From NCBI GenBank assembly GCA_964016885.1, contig OZ024751.1:10168001-10232000 (forward strand): a DNA stretch of 64,000 bases, in the 5' to 3' direction. This document shows, in pieces, positions 1 through 12,199 of this stretch (positions within the stretch are counted from its first letter, which is position 1; the number at the start of each line of letters is the position of its first letter). This DNA comes from Eledone cirrhosa (Eukaryota). The notes below the pieces were generated by a model. It saw only the letters and a list, made by a program, of their open reading frames with translations, did not search any database and was not told the DNA's origin. Made by a program: the position numbers and the translations under genes.

Positions 1-60
1 CATATATCTACATATACATATATATACATATACATATATATACATATATATACATTTACA

Positions 61-92
<32 letters not shown>

Positions 93-299
93 ATTTAGTA
101 TATCTACTAACATATGCGTACAGATGTACGCTAATGCCAGCAAATACATAAGTTATGTCATAGTACCTAGGTGGTTCAATGCAGGAGGATGCAGAACAAT
201 AATATGAAGGACGTAAAATAAGAAAATTTAAAAAAAAGATTTAGTTAGTAGATATACTAAATTCTCTATATTTATCTCCAAATTATTTATTTGTTGAGC

Positions 300-688
300 A
301 AACCTGCCAAAACCACTCCTAATTCATCGGTGTGGTAGTAGGCTTCTGTCATCTTACCATCCCACTCCTTCCGACTAGCCTCAGTGTCACGTGATTGATT
401 CTTTAGAATCTGCCATTTGACCAGAGACAGCGAGCTTTTCAGTGCATGGAATCCAGTCCCCGCTAGCTGTTCCATCTACCGAATTATTATTATTTTTATA
501 CGAGTCCCCGGTGTCCGCGCATTGCCTGGAGACTTAGCTGAGAATAGACTCCCTGATGACGCAATGAATTCTCGACGGTTGTATTACGTAACTGCCTTTA
601 TCCCATTGCAGAAACTAATTAGTTGGAGTGAAAATTTTAGTAAGTTAATTTTTTTAATCTTTTTTTTAAATTTTCTTATTTTACGTCC

Positions 689-690
<2 letters not shown>
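300..690 (+). mobile_element. Possible Penelope-like 3' remnant/pLTR
   Basis: Carries the hammerhead at 548 and is flanked by (TA)n. The + frame peptide [13 protein letters not shown] loosely resembles the C-terminus of Penelope GIY-YIG ORFs. Boundaries are approximate. Confidence 0.35.
548..629 (+). ncRNA. Type I hammerhead ribozyme motif (long loop II)
   Basis: actcc-CTGATGA-c-gcaatg...cattgc-a-GAAA-c-taatta-g-TT-ggagt. Stem I actcc/ggagt, stem II gcaatg/cattgc, palindromic stem III/loop ctaattag, GUU site. The closing pair of stem II is mismatched (c/a). Confidence 0.75.
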
Positions 691-736
<46 letters not shown>

Positions 737-785
737 CATATATATATATATATTTACATATATATATATACATATATATATATAC

Positions 786-836
<51 letters not shown>

Positions 837-946
837 TTTACATATAATTATATATATATAGTTCAAGGAAACGACAAACAGAGGCACAAAAAGTCTTATT
901 AATTTGACGATTTATATGGAAAAGGGGAAAAAAGTGTATGCATATA

Positions 947-1000
<54 letters not shown>

Positions 1001-1086
1001 TAGGGTGTGGTAAAATACCAGGTGGACCTTAAGCCACGAGAGTACTTGATACTTAGGGTAGTAGAGTGGGTAATATGAAAAGATTC

Positions 1087-1125
1087 AGGACCCCGATGGC
1101 TGAGCTCCAGCTGTTTCGACAGCTA
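1087..1125 (-). ncRNA. 3' half of a hammerhead (same family as 35435-35530)
   Basis: Reverse complement tagctgtcGAAAcagctggagctcagccaTCggggtcct aligns with tagccgtcGAAAcggcttgagctcagccgTCggggtcct at 35495-35533. The CUGANGA half is absent. Confidence 0.6.
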
Positions 1126-1247
1126 GAGAGATGTGAGGAAAAGTACTTAATATGGAAGCAGAGTTCGAATATCCATTTATTATGGCTAATAGGTAAAACT
1201 TCAGAGTAACAAAGCTCACAGCTTTGTCATAATAAATGAATATTTAA

Positions 1248-1470
1248 CCCTTTAGCATTTAAACCAGCCGTATCTGGCCAGAATTCTCTCATCTCTTTCT
1301 GTTGAAACTGGCCGTAACACGCCACTCATACTGATGTTAAGGTATTGATCTCAAAATAAATAACATCAAAATCTCATAGATTCAATATTATGTGAAATAA
1401 TTTTGTGAGATAAAGCCTTTACCATGAAAATATAATAGTATATATAGAATATATTTAGAGTACTAAAGGG
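1248..1470. mobile_element. piggyBac-type MITE
   Basis: TTAA|CCCTTTAG ... CTAAAGGG|TTAA termini and TSD, no ORF. A homologous copy lies at 51830-52049. Confidence 0.85.
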
Positions 1471-1604
1471 TTAAAATGTACTTCGATATCAAGTACTTTT
1501 TCTCACATCTGTTAATAACACATGTGTGTGTGTCTAGGTGTGTGTGTATATATATATATATATATATGTAGGTATGTGTGTGTGTGTGCGTATGTGTATA
1601 TATA

Positions 1605-1704
1605 CAGCGTGTCCCGAAAAATGTATACACACTTCAACAGCGTTTTAATAAATATTACTTGTACAGGTAATCAAAGTGTGTATACAGTTTTGTGGGACAC
1701 CCTG
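1605..1704. mobile_element. Tc1/mariner-type MITE (100 bp)
   Basis: TA|CAGCGTGTCCCgaaaaatgtatacacactt ... aagtgtgtatacagttttgtGGGACACCCTG|TA, with ~30-bp imperfect TIRs and a TA TSD. Confidence 0.8.
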
Positions 1705-1710
1705 TATATA

Positions 1711-2148
1711 TCATCATCATCACCGTTTTACGTCCATTCTTCCACGCTAGCATGGGTTAGACGGGTTGTCCTGTTGTGGGCAGTGTCCAGTCAGCTGACC
1801 TTGTCTTGCTCATACAGGAACTGATTCTGGCTTGATTTCTACAGCTGGATGCCCTTCCTAACACCAACCTCATTTACAATGAGTGCTGGGTGCTTTTTTT
1901 TCCGTGGCACCTACACATCCACTTTACAGTGTGGGCTGGGTTCTTTTTTGCCATGGCACCTCCACAACCACTTTGCAGTGGAATGATAGGGACCCCAGTC
2001 CTATCATCTCATTTCTACAGCTGAGTAAACTGGAGCAATGTGAAATAAAGTCTCTTGCTCAAGGAAACAACACATCACCCAGTCCGAGAATTGAACTCAC
2101 AACCTTTCGATTGCAAACCCAATGCTCTAACCACTAAGCCATGTGCCT
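1711..2148 (-). mobile_element. tRNA-derived SINE with RTE-derived 3' tail
   Basis: Minus-strand head has A box tggcttagtgg and B box gagttcaattc, then a central tccttgagcaag domain. 1711-~1980 matches the 3' UTR and (GAT)n tail of the RTE at 42235-42510. Confidence 0.8.
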
Positions 2149-2228
2149 ATATATGTGCCTATATATATATATGTGTGTGTGAGTATTTATGTGTGTGTGT
2201 ATATATATATATATTTAATTAGAAATTT

Positions 2229-2386
2229 AACAACACAAAATATAACTACTCCATTACCAAAGGTTTCTGGATCACAGACGATGTTACCATGTAAACATCT
2301 CTGTCTGACGACCAATCCAGACGTATATTATTATCGTCTGCGATCCAGAAACCTTTGGTAATGGAGTAGTTATATTTTGTGTTGTT
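2229..2386. repeat. 54-bp inverted repeat (inverted pLTR-like)
   Basis: 2229-2282 is the near-perfect reverse complement of 2333-2386. Confidence 0.9.
2299..2366 (+). ncRNA. Type I hammerhead ribozyme motif
   Basis: ctctgt-CTGACGA-ccaatc-cagacg...cgtctg-cgatcca-GAAA-cc-ttt-gg-TA-atggag. Stem I has two G-U pairs, GUA site, and the base of stem II is degenerate. Confidence 0.65.
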
Positions 2387-2480
2387 CACTCTCTAATTAA
2401 ATAGCTCTGTTCTATACATAGAGCACTCTTTTTTTCCTTTGCTTTTCCTTCGGAATTACCTAAAACATATATATATATGA

Positions 2481-2542
2481 CCAAACCCATGCAAGCGTGG
2501 ACGATGGACGTTAAACGATGATAATGATGATGATGATGATGA
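2481..2542 (+). mobile_element. Short 3' tail of RTE subfamily A
   Basis: ccaaacccatgcaagcgtggac...ggacgttaaacg(atg)n matches the reverse complement of 27818-27876. Confidence 0.7.
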
Positions 2543-3037
2543 ATGTATATACAGTGTATTTTGCAATACACTGTATGCTTAATTAAAAGTAAGTGAGACT
2601 GTCACTACTCTAAAACAATAGCATAAGGTCTTCGAAATGCTTTTAATTAAGCATAGAGTGTATTGCAAAATACACTATATATACATTCATATATATATCA
2701 CTATTTCAGAGCACCAATTCTAATTTTCAATTTCTGCTTGACCGGCAACCGCTCTGTATAATCAGTTCCTGATTATTACTAGATTTCTATAAGAATCAAA
2801 CATTCATGATTTTCAGCAAACAGGAGGAGTACTTGGCTTTGATAAGTACCAATCAGTGCAAAACAGAACTCTGTCAGCTTTATCTCCCCTGTTTGCTGAA
2901 AATTAAAGTGAGACTGTCACTACTCTAAAACAATAGCATAAGGTCTTCGAAATGCTTTTAATTAAGCATACAGTGTATTGCAAAATACACTGTATATACA
3001 TTCATATATATATAGCTATTTCAGAGCACCAATTCTA

Positions 3038-3039
<2 letters not shown>
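2539..3039 (+). mobile_element. Inverted plus partial-tandem (315-bp period) pLTR-like element
   Basis: Direct repeats 2591-2724 and 2906-3039, with an inverted piece at 2539-2589. The repeat contains GAAA-tgctt-ttaatt-aagca-TA, a hammerhead 3' half. Confidence 0.6.
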
Positions 3040-3070
<31 letters not shown>

Positions 3071-3077
3071 AATGTGT

Positions 3078-3124
<47 letters not shown>

Positions 3125-3406
3125 AATGTGTGAGTGTATGTGTGTGTATATATGTGTGAGTGTATGTGTGTGTGTATGTGTGTGTATATATGTGTATATA
3201 TGTGTAAGTGTATGTGTGTATATATGTGAGTGTATGTGTGAGCATATGTGTATATATGTGTGTGTATGTGAGTGTATGTGAGTGTAAGTGTGTGTATATG
3301 TGTGAGTGTATGTGTGTATATGTGTGTGAGTATGTGTATATGTGTGTGAGTATGTGTGTATATATGTGAGTGTATGTGTGTGTATATGTGTGAGTGTGTA
3401 TGTGTG

Positions 3407-3441
<35 letters not shown>

Positions 3442-3520
3442 ATCGTTTTATGAAATTGGAATATTGACGAAATCGATATTAAATTGTATTAAATTGTATT
3501 AAATTGTGACATTATATACA

Positions 3521-3630
3521 CAAATCCCGCCGAAGTTGACTTTGCCTTTCATCCTTACGGGGTAGATAAAATAAAGTACCAGTAATGCACTGGGTAATTG
3601 CTGGCCTTGTGCCTAAAGTAGAAACAATTA
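3521..3630 (+). mobile_element. SINE family 1, 5'-truncated
   Basis: caaatcccgccgaagttgactttgcctttcatccttac...gtagaaacaatta matches the full copy at 31959-32149. Confidence 0.8.
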
Positions 3631-3763
3631 TATACACATTTATATACACCATTTATATACACCATTTATATACACCATTTATATACACCATTATGCATAC
3701 AACATTGCTTTTAACCTCTTCAACCATCAAAACACTATGAGGTTACTCAGACTAGTACATACT

Positions 3764-5182
3764 GTTGCTGTTATAGCTGTTGTTGTTGTTGTTGTTGTTG
3801 CTGTTGTTGTTGTTGTTGCTGTTGTTGTTGTTGTTGTTGCTGTTATAGCTGTTGTAGTTATTGCTGTTATAGCTGTTGGTGTTGTAGTTATTATTGTTAT
3901 AGCTGTTGTTGTAGTTATTGTTATAGCTGTTGTAGTTGTTGCTGTTATAGCTGTTGTTGTTATAGCTGTTGTTGATGTAGTTGTTGTTGATGTAGTTGTT
4001 GCTGTTTTAGCTGTTGTTGTAGTTATTGCTGTTTTAGCTGTTGTAGTTATTGCTGTTATAGCTGTTGTAGTTATTGCTGTTTTAGCTGTTGTAGTTATTG
4101 CTGTTTTAGCTGTTGTTGTTGCAGTTATTGCTGTTATAGCTGTTGTAGTTATTGCTGTTTTAGCTGTTGTAGTTATTGCTGTTTTAGCTGTTGTAGTTAT
4201 TGCTGTTTTAGCTGTTGTAGTTATTGCTGTTTTAGCTGTTGTAGTTATTGCTGTTTTAGCTGTTGTTGTTGCAGTTATTGCTGTTATAGCTGTTGTAGTT
4301 ATTGCTGTTTTAGCTGTTGTAGTTATTGCTGTTTTAGCTGTTGTAGTTATTGCTGTTTTAGCTGTTGTAGTTATTGCTGTTATAGCTGTTGTAGTTATTG
4401 CTGTTATAGCTGTTGTAGTTATTGCTGTTTTAGCTGTTGTAGTTATTGCTGTTTTAGCTGTTGTAGTTATTGCTGTTTTAGCTGTTGTAGTTATTGCTGT
4501 TTTAGCTGTTGTAGTTATTGCTGTTTTAGCTGTTGTTGTTGCAGTTATTGCTGTTATAGCTGTTGTAGTTATTGCTGTTTTAGCTGTTGTAGTTATTGCT
4601 GTTTTAGCTGTTGTAGTTATTGCTGTTTTAGCTGTTGTAGTTATTGCTGTTTTAGCTGTTGTAGTTATTGCTGTTTTAGCTGTTGTAGTTATTGCTGTTT
4701 TAGCTGTTGTAGTTATTGCTGTTTTAGCTGTTGTAGTTATTGCTGTTTTAGCTGTTGTAGTTATTGCTGTTTTAGCTGTTGTAGTTATTGCTGTTTTAGC
4801 TGTTGTAGTTATTGCTGTTTTAGCTGTTGTTGTTGCAGTTATTGCTGTTTTAGCTGTTACTGTTGTAGTTGTTGAAATTATTATTGTTCCTGTAGTTCTT
4901 ATAGTTATTATTGTTGTTTTGTTGAAATTATGGCTGCTGTAGTTATTAATGGTGTTATAGCTGTTTCTGTGGTTGTTGTTGCAGTTATTATTGTTGTTAA
5001 AGTTATTATTGTTGCTGTAGTTGTTGTTGTAGTTATTGTTGTTGTAGTTGTTCTTGTAGTTATTGCTGTTGTTGTTATAGTCGTGGTTGTTGTTATTGCT
5101 GTAGTTGTTGTTATAGTTGTGGTAGCTGTTGTTGTTGTTGTAGTTGTAGTAGTAGTAGTTGTTATTGTTGTTGTAGTTGTTT
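3764..5182. repeat. (GTT)n-derived array with 24-bp higher-order unit attgctgttttagctgttgtagtt
   Basis: Direct reading. It explains the IAVLAVVV pseudo-ORF. Confidence 0.9.
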
Positions 5183-5259
5183 TACATAGTTTTATGGGAT
5201 GAAATTAAGTATAAATGAAAATATTAAAATCTCAAAAATCTACAAAGCTGATCTAAATT

Positions 5260-8200
5260 TGGTGGTTGATGTCAGGGTAGAGAGTTGTGGCGGTGGTGGT
5301 GGTGCTGTGGTAGTGGTGGTGTTGTGATGGTGGTGGTGGTAGTGTTGTGGTGGTGGTGGTGGTCGTTGTGTTGTGATGGTGGTGGTGTTGTGGTGGTGGT
5401 GGTGGTCGTTGATGGCAGGGTAGTGTTGTTGTGGTGGTGGTTGATGACAGGGTAGTATTGTTGTAGTGGTGCTACCTGTGGTGGTGGTGGTGGTGGTGGT
5501 GGTGGTGGTGGTGGTTGATGGCAGGGTGGTGTTGTTGTGGTGGTGGTGGTTGATGAGAGGGTAGTGTTGTTGTGGTGGTGGTGGTGGTGGTTGATGACAG
5601 GGTAGTGTTGTTGTGGTAGTGGTACCTGTGGTGGTGGTGGTTGTGGTTGATGGCAAGGTAGTGTTGTGGTGGTGGTGGTGGTGGTTGATGGCAGGGTAGT
5701 GTTGTTGTGGTGGTGGTGGTTAATGTTGGTGGTGATAGTTATATAGAGGTGGTGGATGTGGTGGTGATGTTGGGCAGTAGTGGTGTGTGTGAGAGTGGGT
5801 GATGTTGATTGTGGTGGTGGTGGTGGTGCAGGGCTGGAGGCTGATGTTGGTGGCTGTAGTAGTGGTGGTGGTGGTGGTGATAGTTATATAGAGGTGGTGG
5901 ATGTGGTGGTGGTTTTATGGAGGTGGTGGTTATATAGAGATAATGGCTTTGTATAGATACAGGTGATGGCGGTGGTGCCTGTGGTGAAGGAGGTTAATGT
6001 TGGTGGTGGTCATATAGAGATAATGGTGATGGTGATGATGGGTACATAGAGTGGTGGTGATGAGTATATAGAGATGGTGGTGGATGAGGTGGTGGATATA
6101 TGGTGGTGGTGGTTATATAGAGATAATGGTGATAGTGGTGTTGGTGACAGGTATATAGAGAGCTGGTGGTGGTGATGGCTATATAGAGAGATGGTGGTGG
6201 TGGATATATAGAGATAATGGTGGTGGTTGTGGTGGTGGTGATGGGTATATAGAGGTGTTAGTGCTAAAACTAATGTTGGCTTTAAGGAGAGCTAAAGTGA
6301 GGAAAACACAATTAGGATAATGGTACATTTAAAAAGGATGGTAGAGAGATGGTAAGGAAGGAGAGAGAGAGAGAGAGAGAGAGAGGGTAGAGAGATGGTA
6401 GAGAGAGAGAGGGATGGGGGGTAAGGAGAGAGAGAGAGGGTAGAGAGAAAGAGAGATGGTAGAGAGAAAGAGAGGGGGAGTGATGGAGTATGTATAAACA
6501 GGTGACAAAGTAAAAAGAGTTATGAGTAATTGGCTCAGTTGGCTTCTTTAGTTTTAAGTGCAGTCAAAAGCTGAAGAGGAGCAAGAGGAGCAACAACAAC
6601 AACAACAGTAACAACAGCAACAACAGTAACAACAACAACAGCAACAACAGCAACAACAACAGTAACAACAGCAACAACAGTAACAACAACAACAGAAACA
6701 ACAACAGTAACAACAGCAACAGTAACAACAATAACAACAGTAACAACAACAGCAACAACAGTAACAACAGTAACAACAGCAACAACAGTAACAACAGAAA
6801 AAAAACAACAACTGTAACAGTAAAAGAAAAAACAACAACAGTAAAAGAAAAAACAACAACAGTAACAACATCAACAGCACCAACAAAAACAACAGCAAAA
6901 ACAGAAAGAAAAAAAACAACAGCAAGAGTAACAGCAGTAGTAACAACAACAACAACCAAAACAACAACAGTAACAGTAGCAATAACAACAACAACAGCAA
7001 CAACAGAAAAAACAACAACAACAGTAACAACAATAAAAGTAACAGTAACATCAACAACAGTAACAACAACAACAAAATATTTTATAAGAAATATTGAATC
7101 TTAACATTTCCATCGTGTCACTTTTGCAGCATTACAACCTAACGAAGCACAACTTTCTTCCATCGATAAATTATCTTCTCTTACCTTTCACACAACAAAA
7201 AAGGGTCTTAAAATATATATTTTTTGTCTGTAATAACTGCAGCAGAAGAAACAGCTCAGGTTTCATTTTTTTTTTTTTTTTTATCTAAAACTGGCTAAAT
7301 AGATATGATGATTGGTTAACTGTTTCTTATAGTGGAGGGCCGGGTGGAAGGGTGGTTAGAGAGCTGGGTGGTTAGATGGGTAGGTAGGTTGGTGGTTGGG
7401 AGGAGAGCCAGATAAGATGGGGAGATAAGAGAGGGAGATAAGACAGATAAGATGGGGAGATAAGAGAGGGAGATAAGACAGATAAGATGAGGAGATAAGA
7501 GAGAGAGATAAGAGAGGGAGATAAGACAGATAAGATGGAGAGATAAGATGGGGAGATAAGAGAGGGAGATAAGACTGATAAGATGGGGAGATAAGATGGG
7601 GAGATAAGAGAGGGAGATAAGACAGATAAGATGGGGAGATAAGAGAGGGAGATAAGACAGATAAGATGGGGAGATAAGAGAGGGAGATAAGACAGATAAG
7701 ATGGGGAGATAAGAGAGGGAGATAAGACAGATAAGATGGGGAGATAAGACAGATAAGATGGGGAAATAAGAGAGGGAGATAAGACAAAGATAAGATGGAG
7801 AGATAAGACTAAGAGATAAGACGGAGAGATAAGACAGAGATAAGACAGAGATAAGACAGAGAGATAAGACAGAGATAAGACAGAGATAAGACAGAGCAAT
7901 GTCAGACAGCTAAGACAGAGAGATAAGACAGAGAGATAAGAGAGAGAGATAAGACAGAGAGATAAGAGAGAGAGATAAGACAGAGCAATGTCAGACAGAT
8001 AAGACAGACAGACAGATAAGACAGACAGAGAGCCATGTCAGACAAACAGATAAGACAGCCAGAGAGCTATGATAGGCTGGGAGGTAAGACTGAGAGCTAT
8101 GTCAGACAGAGAGGTAAGGCAGACATGGAGATAGAGAGACAAGACAGAGAGCTATGTCAGTCAGCGAGATAAGACAGAGATAAAACAGAGATATAGATGG

Positions 8201-10030
8201 AGAGATAGCTGGTTAGCTGGTGGAATAAACTGCCTGATAGATAAATGTGCCTGATAGATGGATGGTTGTCAATCTTGCTTGTTTGATGAATGGATAGCTG
8301 AAAGGATGGATGGACAGCTGGCCGGATGGATGGATGGATAGATAGATGGATGGATGGTTGGATGGTTGGTTGGAAGGAAATACAGCAAAGTGGATGGATG
8401 GATGGATAGCTGAAAGTATGGATGGACAGACAGCTGGCTGGATAGCTGAAAGTATGGATGGACGGACAGCTGGCTGGTTGAATGGATAGATACAGAGATA
8501 GATCGATGGATGCATGGTTGGCCAGCTGCATGGTTGGAAGGAAGGACAGCAGAAAGGATGGATGTACAGATGTACAGATGTATGGATGTACAGATGTATG
8601 GATGCATAGATCTATGGGTGTAGAGATGTATGGATGTACAGCTGGATGGATAGTTAGTAGGGACAGACAGCTGAAATGATAGATGGATGGTTGGAAGAAC
8701 GGATAGCTGAATGGATAGATAGATAGGTAAATAGATAGATAGATAGATAGATAGATGTCCAAACTAGTTTGTAAAACTGGAGCGGCACATGGGAGAGATT
8801 TCATCCGCTTATCATTTACATTGATTCAATTTTGTACATGAACAACATTTACAATTTAAATTTAGCTGTGAAATAATCTCACATTCAGATCAATATATTT
8901 AAGTGTTTTAGTGGAGAAAATTCAATCAAATAATGACAGTCCGTTAGCACTGTAGAAGCCTCATAGTGACCTTACTATGACCCAGGCTTTTTCAAAATAC
9001 TCTCAGAGCACCTAAAGTGATTCGGAAAGAAAAAGGACAGTTGCTGTGTATGTGTGTTGCTCTCTAGGTCAGCTAAGGTTTTCTGATCACTTCTAAAGGA
9101 ACAATAACTATGGCTACCACTGCTGTGGCGACAACCACTACTGCTACTGCCACTACTACTGCTGTGCTGTGGTTACTATCATGACAACCACTACTACTAC
9201 TACTACCATCACCACTACTACTACTGCGGTTACTACTACCTCCACCACCACCATTGCTACTACTATCACTATCACCACTGCTACTACTACTACTACTACA
9301 ACTATCACTACTACCACCACCACCACTACAACTACCATTACTACAACTACCACCACCACCACCACCACTACCACTACTACAACCACCACCACTATTACCA
9401 CCACCACCACCACTTCTACTACAACTACCACCACCACTACACCTACCACTACTACAACTACCACAAGCCCCACCACTGCCACTGCAGCTCCTCCTCCTCC
9501 TCCTCCATATAACAGGCTACAGCAATTTAAAAGGTTCTCAGTAAAAGAGGGGAAAGTAAAACTGAAATAACATTTAAGGGGATGTCTGTATATAAGATAG
9601 AGTAGGACTCCAATAGGGGGTGTATATAGGATAGAATAGTTGGAGGAGGGGGGTGAGAGGAAAGAGTGGGGGGGTGAACGAGAGAGGGAGAGGGGGAGCG
9701 AGAGAAGGGGGGATTGGTGAGAGAGATAGGAATAGAAGGTGGGAATAAGGGAGAGAGGAGAGAAGGAATGAGAGAGAGAGAGAGTGAAGGAAAGAGAGTA
9801 GAGGAGGGAAAGAGAGAGGGAGGGAATGGGGGAGAAAGAGGGAGGAGTGGAGTGAGCGGGCCGGAATGGGGGCGAATGGGGGAGTGAAGGGAGGGAGGAG
9901 GGAATGAGGAAGAGAGAGGTAGAGAATGAGTGAGAGGGAGAAGGGAGGGGAAATGAGAGAGAGAGGGAATGAGGGAGAGAACGAGACAGGGAGAGAACGA
10001 GACAGGGAGAGAACGAGACAGGGAGAGAAT
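5260..10030. repeat. Series of degenerate simple repeats: (GGT)n, GA-rich, (CAA)n, gataaga-based, (GATG)n, (CAC/TAC)n, polypurine
   Basis: Direct reading. Short unique spacers at about 7080-7350 and 8760-9110. Confidence 0.85.
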
Positions 10031-10078
10031 GAGGTATTAGTATTTGTTCTGCCTTTTTACAAACTGAGTTCAAATCCT

Positions 10079-12077
10079 GGTCAGTTTTGCCTTACATCCA
10101 TCTGATTATAGACCTGTGGTCAAATGTGGTAGAATAGAAGCCATACCCCCTGACCAAAGGTCAGTTTTGCCTTACATCCGTCTGATTATAGACCTGTGGT
10201 CAAATGTGGTAGAATAGAAGCCATACCCCCTGACCAAAGGTCAGTTTTGCCTGACATCCGTCTGATTATAGACCTGTGGTCAAATGTGGTAGAATAGAAG
10301 CCATACTCCCTGACCAAAGGTCAGTTTTGCCTTACATCCGTCTGATTATAGACCTGTGGCCAAATGTAGTAAAATAGAAGCCATACCCCCTGGCCAAAGG
10401 TTAGCTTTGCCTTACATCCTTCTGATTATAGAGCTGTGGTCAAATGTGGTAAAATAGAAGCCATACCCACTGGCCAAAGGTTAGTTTTGCCTTACATCCT
10501 TCTGATTATAGACCTGTGGCCAAATGTAGTAAAATAGAAGCCATAACTCCTGGCCAAAGGTTAGCTTTGCCTTACATCCTTCTGATTATAGACCTGTGGC
10601 CAAATGTAGTAAAATAGAAGCCATAACTCCTGGCCAAAGGTTAGCTTTGCCTTACATCCTTCTGATTATAGACCTGTGGCCAAATGTAGTAAAATAGAAG
10701 CCATAACTCCTGGCCAAAGGTTAGTTTTGCCTTACATCCTTCTGATTATAGACCTGTGGCCAAATGTAGTAAAATAGAAGCCATACCCCCTGACCAAAGG
10801 TCAGTTTTGCCTTACACCCTTCTGATTATAGACCTGTGGTCAAATATGGTAAAATAGAAGCGATGCCCCCTGACCAAAGGTCAGTTTTGCCTTACATCCT
10901 TCTGATTATAGACCTGTGGTCAAATGTGGTAAAATAGAAGCCATACCCCCTGGCCAAAGGTTAGTTTTACCTTACATCTTTCTGATTATAGAAATGTGGT
11001 CAAATGTGGTAAAATAGAAGCCATACCCCCTGGCCAAAGGTTAGTTTTGCCTTACATCCTTCTGATTATAGACCTGTGGACAAGTGTGGTAGACTAGAAG
11101 CCATACCCCCTGGCCAAAGGTTAGTTTTGCCTTACATCCTTCTGATTATAGACCTGTGGTCAAGTGTGGCAAAATAGAAGCCATAACCCCTGGCTAAAGG
11201 TTAGTTTTACCTTACATCTTTCTGATTATAGACCTGTGGTCAAATGTCGTAAAATAGAAGCCATAGCCCCTGGCCAAAGGTTAGTGTTGCCTTACATCCT
11301 TCTGATTATAGACCTGTGGTCAAATGTCGTAAAATAGAAGCCATACCCCCTGGCGAAAGGTTAGTGTTGCCTTACATCCTTCTGATTATAGACCTGTGGT
11401 CAAATGTGGTAGAATAGAAGCCATACCCCCTGGCCAAAGTTTAGTTTTACCTTACACCCTTCTGATTATAGACATGTGGTCAAATGTGGTAAAATAGAAG
11501 CCATAACCCCTGGCCAAAGGTTAGCTTTGCCTTACATCCTTCTGATTATAGACCTGTGGTCAAATGTGGTAAAATAGAAGCCATACCCCCTGGCCAAAGG
11601 TTAGTTTTACCTTACATCTTTCTGATTATAGACCTGTGGTCAAATGTGGGAAAATAGAAACCATACTCCCTGGCCAAAGGTTAGTGTTGCCTTACATCCT
11701 TCTGATTATAGACCTGTGGTCAAATGTGGGAAAATAGAAACCATACACCCTGGCCAAAGGTTAGTGTTGCCTTACATCTTTCTGATTATAGACCTGTGGT
11801 CAAATGTGGGAAAATAGAAACCATACTCCCTGGCCAAAGGTTAGTGTTGCCTTACATCCTTCTGATTATAGACCTGTGGTCAAATGTGGGAAAATAGAAA
11901 CCATACTCCCTGGCCAAAGGTTAGTGTTGCCTTACATCTTTCTGATTATAGACCTGTGGTCAAATGTGGTAAAATAGAAGCCATACTCTCTGGCCAAAGG
12001 TTAGTTTTGCCTTACATCTTTCTGATTATAGACCTGTGGTCAAATGTGGTAAAAAAGAAGCCATACCCCCTGGCCAA
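10079..12077. repeat. 80-bp minisatellite, ~25 copies
   Basis: Unit ggttagttttgccttacatccttctgattatagacctgtggtcaaatgtggtaaaatagaagccataccccctggccaaa; period 80 (10081, 10161, 10241...). Confidence 0.95.
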
Positions 12078-12199
12078 CTGTGGTACTAAGAAAACAGGTG
12101 GCAGCAGGGAGGGTCAGACTACACAGCCACATTAATAATACCTACCTGTAATATATTAGGTTACAGCCAACAAAACACACCACACATACTCTATCAGCT

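Noticed and set aside
2075-2148. tRNA gene
   Set aside because: The A/B boxes belong to a SINE head. There is no complete cloverleaf and it continues into SINE body.
3737-10073. Long ORFs rich in V/A/I, L, C, T, S/L
   Set aside because: Translations of stop-free simple repeats, with no domain or splice support.
10079-12077. Hammerhead-like look of the 80-bp unit (CTGATTA..gacc/ggtc..AAA)
   Set aside because: G8 and G12 are absent and stems I and III do not pair. A SINE origin explains it better.
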